Shown here in pieces: positions 29,690-39,922 of a stretch of DNA of 64,000 bases. Under the pieces are notes generated by a model, which was given only the letters and a program-made list of their open reading frames with translations, did no database searches and was not told the DNA's origin. Where the stretch lies: the NCBI GenBank assembly GCA_030679145.1, contig JAUXTU010000047.1, positions 12,018 to 76,017 on the forward strand, in the 5' to 3' direction. This DNA comes from Bacteroidota bacterium (GTDB taxonomy: Bacteria; Bacteroidota; Ignavibacteria; UBA10030; UBA8401). A program made the translations under genes and the position numbers. The first letter of the stretch is position 1. Each line of letters begins with the position of its first letter.

Positions 29690-30020
29690 AGGTTAAAGAG
29701 AATGTGTAGAGGAAAAACGTCATTTTTGACGTGAAATTCAATGAGATTTTTTTGAAAAATGTATCCGCACGCTTTATGCGTGCGTTAAAAATAATCGATC
29801 GTTTCCCGCAACCATAAAGGTTGCGGATACTATGATTCTGAAGTTTTTAAGATGACTCCTTAAAATAAAACACTCTCTATGTACAATATGAAAATTTTTT
29901 CCGGTTTGCTACAATCATCAAGGTTATCCATCAGCCATTAACTTATTGGAACTTTGCAACCAGCCAAGCGTCTAACTTTTCAAATGACCCCAAATCATTT
30001 ACATCCAAAAAGGAGGCGTT

Positions 30021-30935
30021 ATGAAATCACGGTTAGTAATTGTTGCTTTACTGCTTGTTGCCAGCGCACTAAGCTTTGCTGACAATGGAGACAAACAAAT
30101 AAGGACAAAGTCCAAAAAACAGGGATGGCTCGGAGTCGGCATCCAAGATGTTACTCCAAAATTCGCAAGGGAAAATGAATTGAAAATTAAAGAAGGTGCA
30201 TACATCAACGAAGTTGTTGACGAGAGTCCGGCTGATTCTGCAGGATTAAAGAAAGGTGATGTTGTTGTTGATTTTAACAGCAAAAAAATTGAAACGTCCG
30301 AAGATCTTAGCAATGCAGTCCGCGAAACAAAACCGGGAACAAAAGCCACAGTAAAGATCAACCGAAATGGCGAAAGTAAATCCATCTCTGTGAATATTGG
30401 TAAAAACAAAATACGAATGCCATTTGCGCTGAATGTTCCACGCGCACCACGTGTTGTTGTAAATATGTTTGGCGGTGATATTGAAGGAATGGATCTAATG
30501 GAACTGAACAAACAACTTGCAGAATATTTTGAAGCTCCGAATGCCAAAGGCGTTCTTGTGAAAGAAGTAGAGAAGGATGAAAACGCCGCAACCGCTGGAA
30601 TTAAAGCGGGTGACGTGATTACAAAAGTGGGTGATGAAGTAATCAAAGATATTGGCGATGTTCGTGATGCAATTGCAGATCTTGAAGAAGGTGATAAAGT
30701 GAATATTGAACTTATCCGTAAAGGGAAAAAGACAACCGTTTCGTTGGAGATTTCCGAAAATGAAATGGGTGACGATATGTTTTGGAGAGGAGAATCACCG
30801 GAACATTTCAATTTCCATTTTGAACCGCAGATGGAAATGAGGCACAAAGAACTGCAAGAAAAAATGAAAGAATTACCACAAAGACAGATTGAACTTCGCA
30901 GACTTGAATCTAAATTGCGTTCCTCGGAAGTATAA
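30021..30935 (+). CDS. Periplasmic tandem-PDZ domain protein (no protease domain)
   Basis: Signal peptide. Two PDZ-like modules (GWLGVGIQDVTP...GDVVVDFNSKKI and KGVLVKEVEKD...GDVITKVGDEVI). Preceded by an SD-like AAAGGAGG. Confidence 0.65.
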   Translation: MKSRLVIVALLLVASALSFADNGDKQIRTKSKKQGWLGVGIQDVTPKFARENELKIKEGAYINEVVDESPADSAGLKKGDVVVDFNSKKIETSEDLSNAVRETKPGTKATVKINRNGESKSISVNIGKNKIRMPFALNVPRAPRVVVNMFGGDIEGMDLMELNKQLAEYFEAPNAKGVLVKEVEKDENAATAGIKAGDVITKVGDEVIKDIGDVRDAIADLEEGDKVNIELIRKGKKTTVSLEISENEMGDDMFWRGESPEHFNFHFEPQMEMRHKELQEKMKELPQRQIELRRLESKLRSSEV

Positions 30936-30964
30936 ACAATTGTAGTGTGGGGTGAAGTTGGGTG

Positions 30965-30995
30965 AACGGCGGCGAAGAGCCGCCGTTTGTGTTTT
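30965..30995 (+). terminator. Rho-independent terminator (AACGGCGGC-GAAG-GCCGCCGTT + TGTGTTTT)
   Basis: Seen in sequence directly after the PDZ gene stop. Confidence 0.8.
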
Positions 30996-31147
30996 AAAGA
31001 TTTCTATGACGATTTCTAAATCTCTTTAGAATCAAAGCAATCAATACGCTTGATTACTTCATCAAAAATCATAATGAGTTTTAAGGGTTTCTCGTATTTA
31101 AGAACGTTATCTTTTTTGGGAGTTTGGTGTTAGTTGTTTTTTCATAA

Positions 31148-31861
31148 TTAGAATGCGTTATTAAATTTTGGATAAGACGAATGTTGCTCTGAATTTGGTT
31201 TACAGTAAAAGCAAAACGTTGTAAAGTGTCTTATATCGTTGCCATCATAGTAGCTTATGATTCCTAAAAAAATGAATTTTTTTTCTGTTTTGAACGGATC
31301 TTGAATAGACTCAAATTTTGGGAATGAAAATAAAGCGTAGTGTGGTAAGTTTGCCGGAAGCGATCTACTATAATCTTTATATGATTTTATTGAATCTCGT
31401 ACCTGAATTGAATCTTTTGTAGTAACGGAATCGATGCAGAGTTTTCCGTATACGATTAGTTTTAAGGCAAGTTTTTCAGAACTTTGAATCATTATCCTTA
31501 CCGTATATGCAGTGTCTGATTTTGCATTTACCTCAAGTCTTTCAATAGAAGCACCTACAAAGGGTGGGGATTTTGGTTTATATTTTTTAACGTTTTTTTC
31601 TATTGGTTGGATTTTAATTGTTTGAGATGTATTGGAATCAATGTCTATTACACCTTCTTGAAGGTTAGTTTTCTGTGTTGGGTTCTCTGATACCTCAAAA
31701 GTTTTTAACCAAGAGGTTGAAATAGAAATGGTAAAGAAAAAAAGAGAAATTCCTAAACATATCCAAGCAGATTTTTTATGAGAAGTCAAAACTATAACGC
31801 CAAAAATAGCGAGGAATATGCCACCGAGAATTACAGAAGTATCGAACAAAAATTGATACAT
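31148..31861 (-). CDS. Hypothetical membrane-anchored protein (two N-terminal TM helices)
   Basis: Hydrophobic N-terminus. No recognisable motif. Confidence 0.4.
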   Translation of the reverse strand: MYQFLFDTSVILGGIFLAIFGVIVLTSHKKSAWICLGISLFFFTISISTSWLKTFEVSENPTQKTNLQEGVIDIDSNTSQTIKIQPIEKNVKKYKPKSPPFVGASIERLEVNAKSDTAYTVRIMIQSSEKLALKLIVYGKLCIDSVTTKDSIQVRDSIKSYKDYSRSLPANLPHYALFSFPKFESIQDPFKTEKKFIFLGIISYYDGNDIRHFTTFCFYCKPNSEQHSSYPKFNNAF

Positions 31862-32054
31862 GATATATTTGTTTATGCTCTCGGAATATTAACCGGAACA
31901 ATAATTGTTGTAATTATTGCAGTTAAGAATTTTGGACAAAATTCTTATATGTTGGTTTATCGTCAACAGGTTTAGCATCAAAAAAAAGCGTTCAGTGTCT
32001 TGAATATGCTTAGAATTAAAACGAAACTCAAATAAGAATCGGGAAGTATAAAAA

Positions 32055-32087
32055 GAAAAAAAGCGGACGAGATGTCCGCTTTTTTTC
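32055..32087 (-). terminator. Bidirectional rho-independent terminator (A-run, AGCGGAC-GAGAT-GTCCGCT, T-run) downstream of the HNH gene
   Basis: Seen in sequence. Confidence 0.75.
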
Positions 32088-32107
32088 ATAATAACAAATT
32101 TTATTTT

Positions 32108-32434
32108 TTACGTTTTCAAAATCTCTTTATACATTATTTCTGTGGCTTGAAGATCGTTCTCAAATTCCACAAGCTGGATCAAATCGAAGATGAGCGGACC
32201 GAACGCTTTGTCATGAAGATTTACGATCTCCATATGCTTTGGACATAATGTTACACCGTTATTATAGTATGGCTTTTCTTCACTATGTCCATTCTCTGTT
32301 TCAACCAAAAAGAGAACATCAATATTCATCGAACTGCCGCATCCGGGCCACTGGCACGACATCTTATCCCGCTTAAGTACATACTTGCGGACATCGTCGT
32401 TATGAGCAGGAGTATTTCGGTTTGGAGGAGGCAT
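32108..32434 (-). CDS. Small stand-alone HNH endonuclease-family protein
   Basis: VLKRDKMSCQWPGCG...ENGHSE...NNGVTLCPKHMEIV (C-x4-C...H...N...C-x2-H). Confidence 0.6.
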   Translation of the reverse strand: MPPPNRNTPAHNDDVRKYVLKRDKMSCQWPGCGSSMNIDVLFLVETENGHSEEKPYYNNGVTLCPKHMEIVNLHDKAFGPLIFDLIQLVEFENDLQATEIMYKEILKT

Positions 32435-32698
32435 AATTTGTTGAAATTTTTACTGCAATATAGACTTTTTTACGGGGAAGGCAATAGACAAACAACACAA
32501 TTATAATAAACTTGTAACTGACTTTGCACGAAACGAGAAAATCGGTCATGGTGAGCAAGGCGCAGATTAAGATGGTTAAGCCATCCTTCGACGCATCCTT
32601 CAAAAAACGAAGGATTTGCTCAGGAAGACCGTTGGTTCTGCGCCGCGTCGAACCATTTTATTACAAAATAACATTTTGCGTAACAGCAATTCATAATG

Positions 32699-33616
32699 TT
32701 ATTTGTGCGTTACAACAACACGAAGAGATTTGGGAACAAGTGATATTTCGGTTTTTTTAACCTTCATCCCGAATATTTCTCCATCGCCGTGAACGGGGAA
32801 TGGCTCATTACATTCAACAACAAGCGAAGATGCATCAAAAATTTCAATGCACTTGTTACCAATATGTTTTCCGGTCATTACTGACGGAAGAACCGGCAGC
32901 ACTTTTAATATATTATCTCCTGTTACTCCGCATACTTCAAACATTCCGTCATCAGGCAATGCATTTGGAGTGAGCATAAATCCGCCCCCTTCCCATCTTC
33001 CATTTCCGACACACAGCAAGAAATAATTTTTTTTCCATTCTTTATTATTATACTTCACAGAAAAAAAATGTGGTCCGTACCCAACAAGTGTATGAAGTAA
33101 TGCTGCAAGATAAAGAGGAATACCACGCATCCAATGAATTGAACTTACTTTTTTTGCAACCGCTGCATCAAATCCAAGCCCGATGGAATTAAAGAATGAT
33201 CGTTCGGTTATACTTCCGTCGGAATGAGTGAGGCGAACAAATCCTGAATCGTATTGAACTATTTTATAGTTGTGAAGAAGAGAAAGTAATTGCGATGGGT
33301 TTTTCGGCGCATTGACAATTCGTGCAAAATCATTTCCCGATCCTTCACTTAAGACTGCCATTGCTGCATTTGTTCCAACAAGTCCGGAAGCAACTTCATT
33401 GACAGTTCCGTCTCCACCGATTGCAACGACAATTGATGAAGTTAAACTTGCAGTCCGTGCTAATGCGGTTGCTTCGCCGGGTGCCGTTGTAATGAAAAAG
33501 GAATAATTGAGATCAGAATGTTGAAGTTCTCGTTCTAACGCTGCACGTATGTGCTGAGCTTTTCCGCGTCCGGCTTTTGGGTTAAGAATAAAAGTGATAT
33601 GTCCTGCGTTCATCAT
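32699..33616 (-). CDS. Diacylglycerol/lipid kinase (YegS/DgkA catalytic-domain family)
   Basis: ILNPKAGRGKA and IVVAIGGDGTVNEVASGL. Confidence 0.85.
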   Translation of the reverse strand: MMNAGHITFILNPKAGRGKAQHIRAALERELQHSDLNYSFFITTAPGEATALARTASLTSSIVVAIGGDGTVNEVASGLVGTNAAMAVLSEGSGNDFARIVNAPKNPSQLLSLLHNYKIVQYDSGFVRLTHSDGSITERSFFNSIGLGFDAAVAKKVSSIHWMRGIPLYLAALLHTLVGYGPHFFSVKYNNKEWKKNYFLLCVGNGRWEGGGFMLTPNALPDDGMFEVCGVTGDNILKVLPVLPSVMTGKHIGNKCIEIFDASSLVVECNEPFPVHGDGEIFGMKVKKTEISLVPKSLRVVVTHK

Positions 33617-34830
33617 TCGTATCGAAGCGCGTCAATGGGATTGAGTTGCGCCGCTTTACGAGCGGGATATAATCCGAAAAAAATTCCGATTGCAGCGGAA
33701 AACGTAAATGCCAGAAAAATAGAAGTTGTCGATACCATCGTTGTCCATCCTGCAAACGTTGAGATGAGATTGGAAGAAAGAACACCAAGCAGAACACCGA
33801 TGAGTCCGCCGAGCAGGCTGAGAACAACCGCTTCAATAAGGAATTGCATCATAATATTCTTTGCAGTTGCTCCGATTGCCATTCTGATCCCGATCTCTTT
33901 TGTTCGTTCTGTAACTGAAACGAGCATGATATTCATGATGCCAATTCCACCGACAATAAGTGAAATAGAAGCGATGGAAGCAAGTAGAATTGTAAGCACT
34001 TGTGATGTTGATTGGGCGGCAGTTGCAATTTCCGTTTGACTGCGTACGGTGAAATCATTCTCGTCCCACGGTTGAAGTTTATGACGAACTCGTAATAGTT
34101 CGGTGATCTGAGCTTGCGCATCCGCCATCGCATCTTCGCTCACGGCGGAGATCATAATATTACTCAGGAATGTCTGTCCTGTCATTTTTTTCTGAACAGT
34201 AGTATACGGGGCAATGATAATATCATCCTGATCAGAACCCTGTGCTGATTGTCCTTTCACTGAAAGAACACCTGTTATTTTAAACGGCATCTTCTTTATT
34301 CGAATCACTTGTCCGACCGGATCATTCCCTTTGAAAAGGTTATCGGCAATAGTTTGACCGATCACACAAACTTTTGTGGCCCCGCGAACATCAGCCTCGG
34401 TAAAATATTGACCGCTTGAAACGGACCAGCTTCTGATCGTAAAATATTCCGGCGTTGCTCCAATAATACTTGCTCTCCAATTCTGCTCCTGATATACAAT
34501 TTGTGCTCCATCGCGAACAGAAGGAGAAGCCAATGCAACAGAAGGACATTGAGTTTGAATTGCAACAAGATCTTCCGGTGAAAGTGAAGCAGATGTTCCG
34601 GTTCCGGACCGAACGCCCCCTTGATTGAACGATCCCGGAAAAACGAGAATGACATTTGTTCCAAGTGATGCGATCTGTGATTTTATATTTTCCTGCGCAC
34701 CGGTACCAACTGCCATCATTGCAATAACTGCACCAACACCAATAATAATACCGAGCATTGTTAAGAATGATCTGATCTTATTACGCGTCAGAGAGTTGAC
34801 CGCTATTTCAAAAACATCAAGTATACCCAT
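33613..34830 (-). CDS. ABC transporter permease, MacB/FtsX family (no ATPase domain)
   Basis: MacB periplasmic core domain plus a C-terminal 3-TM FtsX module. Overlaps the diacylglycerol kinase gene start (33613..33616). Confidence 0.8.
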   Translation of the reverse strand: MGILDVFEIAVNSLTRNKIRSFLTMLGIIIGVGAVIAMMAVGTGAQENIKSQIASLGTNVILVFPGSFNQGGVRSGTGTSASLSPEDLVAIQTQCPSVALASPSVRDGAQIVYQEQNWRASIIGATPEYFTIRSWSVSSGQYFTEADVRGATKVCVIGQTIADNLFKGNDPVGQVIRIKKMPFKITGVLSVKGQSAQGSDQDDIIIAPYTTVQKKMTGQTFLSNIMISAVSEDAMADAQAQITELLRVRHKLQPWDENDFTVRSQTEIATAAQSTSQVLTILLASIASISLIVGGIGIMNIMLVSVTERTKEIGIRMAIGATAKNIMMQFLIEAVVLSLLGGLIGVLLGVLSSNLISTFAGWTTMVSTTSIFLAFTFSAAIGIFFGLYPARKAAQLNPIDALRYE

Positions 34831-34832
34831 AA

Positions 34833-36191
34833 TTAGAACCTGCGAGGCATTCCGCCTCCGCCTTGTTGCCGCTGTTGATTTAACGGTGAAGACGATTGTG
34901 AATTTTGTGTTTTCAATGCAATTGTTCCAACAATAATTTCCTGTCCTTCGTCTAGTTTTCCTCTCACAATTTCTGTGAATGTTCCGTCTGAAATTCCTGT
35001 CCGCACCATCAATGGAACCAATTTCTTTCGTTCATTCATGATCCAAACCCGTGTGATTCCTCGTGATGCCATTCTTCGTTGGATTGATTGTTGATCCATT
35101 CCGCCTCCGTTAGATCCCCCTTCACTCTGAATTCGTTCACTCCATTGTTTTCTTCTTTCTGCGCGAATGGAATCTTCCTTTACCTGCGATGAATCTTTTT
35201 GCTGTTCAATATATTCTTCCGGCGGATTGAATCGAAGTGCAACTGTCGGAACTTTCAGTACACCTTCTTTTTTTGTGACTTGAATCGTTACCGTTGCAGT
35301 CATCCCGGGCATTAATTTAAGGTCAGGATTTGGAACATCGATGATCACAACATAATTGACAACATTCTGTGAAACAACCGGTGATAAACGAACCTGCTGT
35401 ACCTTCCCTCGAAATGTTTGTTCAGGATAAGAATCAACAGTGAAGGTAACTTCTTGCTCTTCCTGCACTTTTCCAATATCGGCTTCGTCAACATTTGCCT
35501 GTACCTGCATTTTGGTCAGATCGTTTGCTATGGTGAACAATGTTGGCGCCGACAAACTTGCCGCTACTGTTTGTCCAACATCCACCGCACGCGAGATGAC
35601 GACTCCATCGATTGGAGATTTTATTGTCGCATAGCGAAGGTTGATTCGCGCACGTTCGACCTGTGCAACCGATTGTTTTTTTGCAGCATCGTTCGATTCG
35701 TATTGAGCAAGAGCTACATCATAGTCTGCCTGTGAAGCAAGATTTTTTTCAAGAAGTGTTTTCATTCGCCCGAAACTTCTTTTGGCTTCATTGTACTGTG
35801 CCGTAGCCCGTTGCAGACTTGCTTCAGCATCACGAACGCTCGCCTCCAAAAATGTCGGGTCGATCTGTGCAACGATCTGACCTTGTTTTACTTTGTCATT
35901 AAAATCGACATATAATTTTTGAAGAGTTCCAGAAACCTGAGAACCCACTTGAACGGTTCGGACAGCACTGACAGTTCCTGTTGCGGTCACTACAACTAAC
36001 ACATCGCCTCTTGCAACTTTTTCAATTCGAAATTGAACTTCTTCCGCGGTTGTTCTGAAATAAAAATAATATCCGGTAACACTAAAGAGAATGATTATTG
36101 AAGCAAATGAGATTAAAACTTTCTTTTTCATAACACCTATATAATTATTCGTTCCTCGTTTGACACAATTGTTGCAAAGTAGTTTAGTCAA
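34833..36191 (-). CDS. HlyD/MacA-type periplasmic adaptor (membrane-fusion) subunit. Likely start at MKKKVLISFASII.
   Basis: Coiled-coil plus beta-barrel adaptor architecture. Low-complexity Q/G-rich tail. Confidence 0.75.
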   Translation of the reverse strand: MTKLLCNNCVKRGTNNYIGVMKKKVLISFASIIILFSVTGYYFYFRTTAEEVQFRIEKVARGDVLVVVTATGTVSAVRTVQVGSQVSGTLQKLYVDFNDKVKQGQIVAQIDPTFLEASVRDAEASLQRATAQYNEAKRSFGRMKTLLEKNLASQADYDVALAQYESNDAAKKQSVAQVERARINLRYATIKSPIDGVVISRAVDVGQTVAASLSAPTLFTIANDLTKMQVQANVDEADIGKVQEEQEVTFTVDSYPEQTFRGKVQQVRLSPVVSQNVVNYVVIIDVPNPDLKLMPGMTATVTIQVTKKEGVLKVPTVALRFNPPEEYIEQQKDSSQVKEDSIRAERRKQWSERIQSEGGSNGGGMDQQSIQRRMASRGITRVWIMNERKKLVPLMVRTGISDGTFTEIVRGKLDEGQEIIVGTIALKTQNSQSSSPLNQQRQQGGGGMPRRF

Positions 36192-36275
36192 CCATTCTTA
36201 AAACACCAACTATTTTGAGATTCGTTCCGAAGTAAAACAATCGGGGTCGGAGTATTTCCGACCCCGAAATGGAAC

Positions 36276-38537
36276 TTATGATTTACGTTCTATTGCTTCA
36301 ACGGCACAAATTGCGGTCATATTAACGATATCCGTAACTTCAGCACCATGCTGCAATACGTGAACAGGTTTTGCCATTCCCATTAAAATCGGACCAATGA
36401 GTTCAGCTTCACCAATTCGTCCCATCAATCTGTATGCAACATTAGCCGCATTAAGATCAGGGAAAATCAAAATGTTAGCATTGCGTTTTAACGAACTGAA
36501 CGGATATTCTTTTTCCAAAATTTCAAGAGTGACCGCAACATCCGCCTGCATTTCTCCATCGATCATTAACGTCGGATCTTTTTTCTTTGCTATTTCCGTT
36601 GCAGTCCGAACTTTATCAGCTTGCGGATGTTTCGTGCTGCCGAAAGTACTGAATGATAACATTCCAACCCGCGGTTCGATATCAAACTGACGAACTGTTT
36701 CTGCGGACTGAAGCGCAATTTCAGCAAGTGTTTCTGCATCCGGATCGACATGCACAGTTGTGTCGGAGAAGAAATATGTTCCTTTCTTTGCGATAACCGC
36801 ATACATACCGGCAACACTCTTTACTCCGGGTTTCATTCCAATAATCTGTAATGCCGGGCGAATCGTATCCGCATACGTTGTAGTCAATCCGCCGATCACA
36901 CCATCGGCATATCCGAGACGAGCCATCATCATTGCAAAATTAAAACGTTGAATTATCATTTTGTTAGCGTAGAATTGGGTTACCCCTTTTCGCTGGCGAA
37001 GACGATAATATTCGTCGGCGAATTTTTTGTGGTCACCAAATGTTTTCGGATCGATGATCTCAACTTCCTCATCAAATTCAAGATGATTCTCTTTGATGAG
37101 ACGTTCTATTTTTTCTTTCGGTCCAATAAGAATTGGTTTCACCAGATTTTGATCGAGAAGAATCTGAACCGCACGAAGGATCTTCACTTCATCACCTTCC
37201 GGAAAAACAATACGCTGTGGTTTCTGCTGTGCTTTATGAATAATGAAGTTCATGAATTGTTTTGAACGTCCGAGGCGTTCTTCCAATTGATCGGCATATT
37301 TTTCCCAATCGGTGATCGGTGTTCTGGCAACGCCGGTTTCAACGGCAGCTTTCGCAACAGCCGGTGCAACCCATCGCAACACTCGCGGATCGAACGGTTT
37401 TGGAATAATGTAATCTTTTCCAAAACGAATCGGCGCTCCGCCATATGCTTTGATCACAGAATCAGGAACGTCCTCTTTTGCCAACTGTGCCAACGCCCGC
37501 GCTGCTGCAACTTTCATTTCTTCATTGATCGTTGTTGCACGAACATCCAATGCTCCGCGGAAGATGAACGGGAATCCGAGAACATTGTTCACTTGATTTT
37601 GATAATCAGAACGACCCGTTGCCATGATGACATCATTCCGAACACTGAATACATCTTCCGGTGTGATCTCAGGGTCGGGATTTGCCATTGCGAAAATGAT
37701 CGCGTTTGGAGCCATGGATTTGACCATTTCTTTTGTAATGCTCCCTTTTACGGAAAGACCAAAAACAACATCGGCACCATTCATGGCATCAGTAAGTGTT
37801 CGTGCAGGAGTATCAGCAACAAAATCTTCTTTGTACTTGTTCATATCATTAGTGCGTCCTTTGTACAACACTCCTTTGCTATCGCACATAATGACATTCT
37901 CTTTTTTCACACCGAGCAGAATGTGTAATTTTGCACACGCCATCGCTGAAGCACCTGCGCCATTATAAACAACTTTTACTTTTGCTATGCTCTTCCCGAT
38001 GATTTCAAGTGCATTCATTAATCCCGCAGCGGAAATAATTGCCGTTCCATGTTGATCATCATGAAATACTGGAATATTCATTGTTCTGCGTAATTCCTGT
38101 TCAATCTCAAAACATTCTGGCGCTTTGATATCTTCAAGATTGATTCCGCCAAACGTTGGTTCAAGAGCTTGAACAACTTTGATCACATCTTCAACTTTTG
38201 TAGGACGAATTTCAATATCAAATACATCGATATCAGCAAATTTTTTGAAGAGAACTGCTTTCCCTTCCATGACAGGTTTACCGGCTTCTGCTCCGATATT
38301 TCCCAGTCCGAGAACAGCAGTACCGTTACTGATCACTGCAACAAGATTTCCTTTTGCAGTGTATTTATAAACATCTTCAGGATTTTTGTGGATTTCCAGG
38401 CAAGGAACAGCTACGCCCGGTGTGTATGCAAGTGAAAGGTCACGTTGGGTGGCAAATGGTTTTGTCGGCGTGATCTCAAGTTTACCTTTGCGTCCGGAAC
38501 TGTGATATTCCAGCGCATCTTCTGGTCGAATTTTCAT
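36276..38537 (-). CDS. maeB: NADP-dependent malic enzyme with a C-terminal phosphotransacetylase-like domain
   Basis: Malic enzyme N- and NAD-binding domains ([27 protein letters not shown]) plus a roughly 330-aa PTA-like C-terminus. 753 aa. Confidence 0.88.
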   Translation of the reverse strand: MKIRPEDALEYHSSGRKGKLEITPTKPFATQRDLSLAYTPGVAVPCLEIHKNPEDVYKYTAKGNLVAVISNGTAVLGLGNIGAEAGKPVMEGKAVLFKKFADIDVFDIEIRPTKVEDVIKVVQALEPTFGGINLEDIKAPECFEIEQELRRTMNIPVFHDDQHGTAIISAAGLMNALEIIGKSIAKVKVVYNGAGASAMACAKLHILLGVKKENVIMCDSKGVLYKGRTNDMNKYKEDFVADTPARTLTDAMNGADVVFGLSVKGSITKEMVKSMAPNAIIFAMANPDPEITPEDVFSVRNDVIMATGRSDYQNQVNNVLGFPFIFRGALDVRATTINEEMKVAAARALAQLAKEDVPDSVIKAYGGAPIRFGKDYIIPKPFDPRVLRWVAPAVAKAAVETGVARTPITDWEKYADQLEERLGRSKQFMNFIIHKAQQKPQRIVFPEGDEVKILRAVQILLDQNLVKPILIGPKEKIERLIKENHLEFDEEVEIIDPKTFGDHKKFADEYYRLRQRKGVTQFYANKMIIQRFNFAMMMARLGYADGVIGGLTTTYADTIRPALQIIGMKPGVKSVAGMYAVIAKKGTYFFSDTTVHVDPDAETLAEIALQSAETVRQFDIEPRVGMLSFSTFGSTKHPQADKVRTATEIAKKKDPTLMIDGEMQADVAVTLEILEKEYPFSSLKRNANILIFPDLNAANVAYRLMGRIGEAELIGPILMGMAKPVHVLQHGAEVTDIVNMTAICAVEAIERKS

Positions 38538-38823
38538 GAGAACCTCTTCAGTTTATAGAAATATTTTTTCTTTCTGTTGTTTATGTTGTTGTTTTTTTGA
38601 ACTGTACAAACAGCTCAACTCTTTTGAGCATTGGATTATCAGTATTCATAAATACTCAGAGAAGTTTTTTTATGCCACAGATTACACTGATTTTCACAGA
38701 AAATTTTTATGCGAAGCATACATACACATAAATCGAATCTGTGAATCTGTGGCAATAATTTTATATAGTGTCTTTGACGAAGAACTGTTTTCAAGAAAAA
38801 TAGATTGAGTAATTATCAATATT

Positions 38824-39477
38824 TTATCGTATTGGTATCCGTGCCTGCATTCGCCAGTCATTTGTCCCTTGCAGATTCGGACTTACTTCAAAATTATATA
38901 ATGCCGCATCTACATACGCATCAAGTATCGTCATCACATACGTTATTGCAAGATACCAACCAAATTCATTTCGCTGACGCTCATGAAACTTTCGAGTATC
39001 TAGATAATAGCTAATTTGCTTGCTTAGATCTTCTTTTGCAATTGCATTAGTGGTCGTATCATGGGCAATTAATGCTGTTTCATATTTTGTTCTAACTTCT
39101 CGGTATAGTTTGTTTTGGTTTTTGTAAACAGAATAAAAATAGTATCCTAATCCCCACACAACCGGAGCTTTCCAATATGACTCATTATAAATTTGACCCG
39201 CTCCCGGCAGGATCATCGTACTCAGCATTGCAATGGTCGTCGATTTTGGCGGAAGAACTGTCGTGTCAACCACACCAATCTGAGCAGCGATCAAAGAATC
39301 TTCGTTAAGATGTAATTTGGAAAGTGTATCGGGTTGATCGGAAAATTGAGTTTCTGCTTGGGAGATGAAAAAGATCGGGGTGCTAATCGGACGTTCATAT
39401 CTTGAAACGAACTGACCTGATGCTGTCACGCAAAAGATCAGTGAAAGCGAAAACGCATGTAAAAAATTTCGTACCAT
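38824..39477 (-). CDS. Secreted hypothetical protein (DUF5683-like, often found near parAB in Bacteroidota)
   Basis: Signal peptide. ILPGAGQIYNESYWKAPVVWGLGYY motif. Confidence 0.4.
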   Translation of the reverse strand: MVRNFLHAFSLSLIFCVTASGQFVSRYERPISTPIFFISQAETQFSDQPDTLSKLHLNEDSLIAAQIGVVDTTVLPPKSTTIAMLSTMILPGAGQIYNESYWKAPVVWGLGYYFYSVYKNQNKLYREVRTKYETALIAHDTTTNAIAKEDLSKQISYYLDTRKFHERQRNEFGWYLAITYVMTILDAYVDAALYNFEVSPNLQGTNDWRMQARIPIR

Positions 39478-39861
39478 TTATAATATGAGTGCAACAACTT
39501 CAATTTCAATCAACGCATCTTTAGGAAGACGAACAACTTCAACAGTGGAACGGGCAGGTGATGCATCCCCAAAATAATGCGCATACACCTCATTCATTGC
39601 AGAAAAATCATTGAAATTTTTCAGAAACACCGTGGTTTTTACCACGTGAGCACAATCAGTGTGTGACGCTGCCAGAATTGCTTTTAGATTCTCACATACT
39701 TGCTTTGTCTGTTCTTGAATAGTCGTTCCTACCATCACGCCGGATTTTGGATCAAGTGCAATTTGTCCTGCGGTGAACAATAATTGACCTTGAACGGCGA
39801 CCGCTTGATTATAAGGACCGATCGGTAAAGGTGCTTTATCTGTTTTAATAATTGTTTTCAT
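39478..39861 (-). CDS. ridA: RidA/YjgF-family reactive-intermediate deaminase
   Basis: 127 aa. PIGPYNQAV...GQIALDP...EVVALIL. Confidence 0.88.
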   Translation of the reverse strand: MKTIIKTDKAPLPIGPYNQAVAVQGQLLFTAGQIALDPKSGVMVGTTIQEQTKQVCENLKAILAASHTDCAHVVKTTVFLKNFNDFSAMNEVYAHYFGDASPARSTVEVVRLPKDALIEIEVVALIL

Positions 39862-39922
39862 ATGGTGATTTTCCTTAGCATATCGTTCGTTAAAAACGAA
39901 CGGTATGCTTTCTTAAAAATTC

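Noticed and set aside
29999-30847. 282-aa minus-strand ORF antisense to the PDZ gene
   Set aside because: Low-complexity Ser/Thr/Pro-rich translation. The sense-strand PDZ protein has a signal peptide, SD site and terminator, so this is a shadow ORF.
32640-32660. GGTTCGAC segment reminiscent of a tRNA T-loop
   Set aside because: No acceptor stem, D-arm or anticodon arm can be built around it. Not a tRNA.
33551-34039. 162-aa plus-strand ORF
   Set aside because: Antisense to the MacB-type permease and the diacylglycerol kinase gene. No motif.
37287-37968. 213-aa and 114-aa plus-strand ORFs
   Set aside because: Antisense to maeB. Cys/Arg-rich shadow ORFs.
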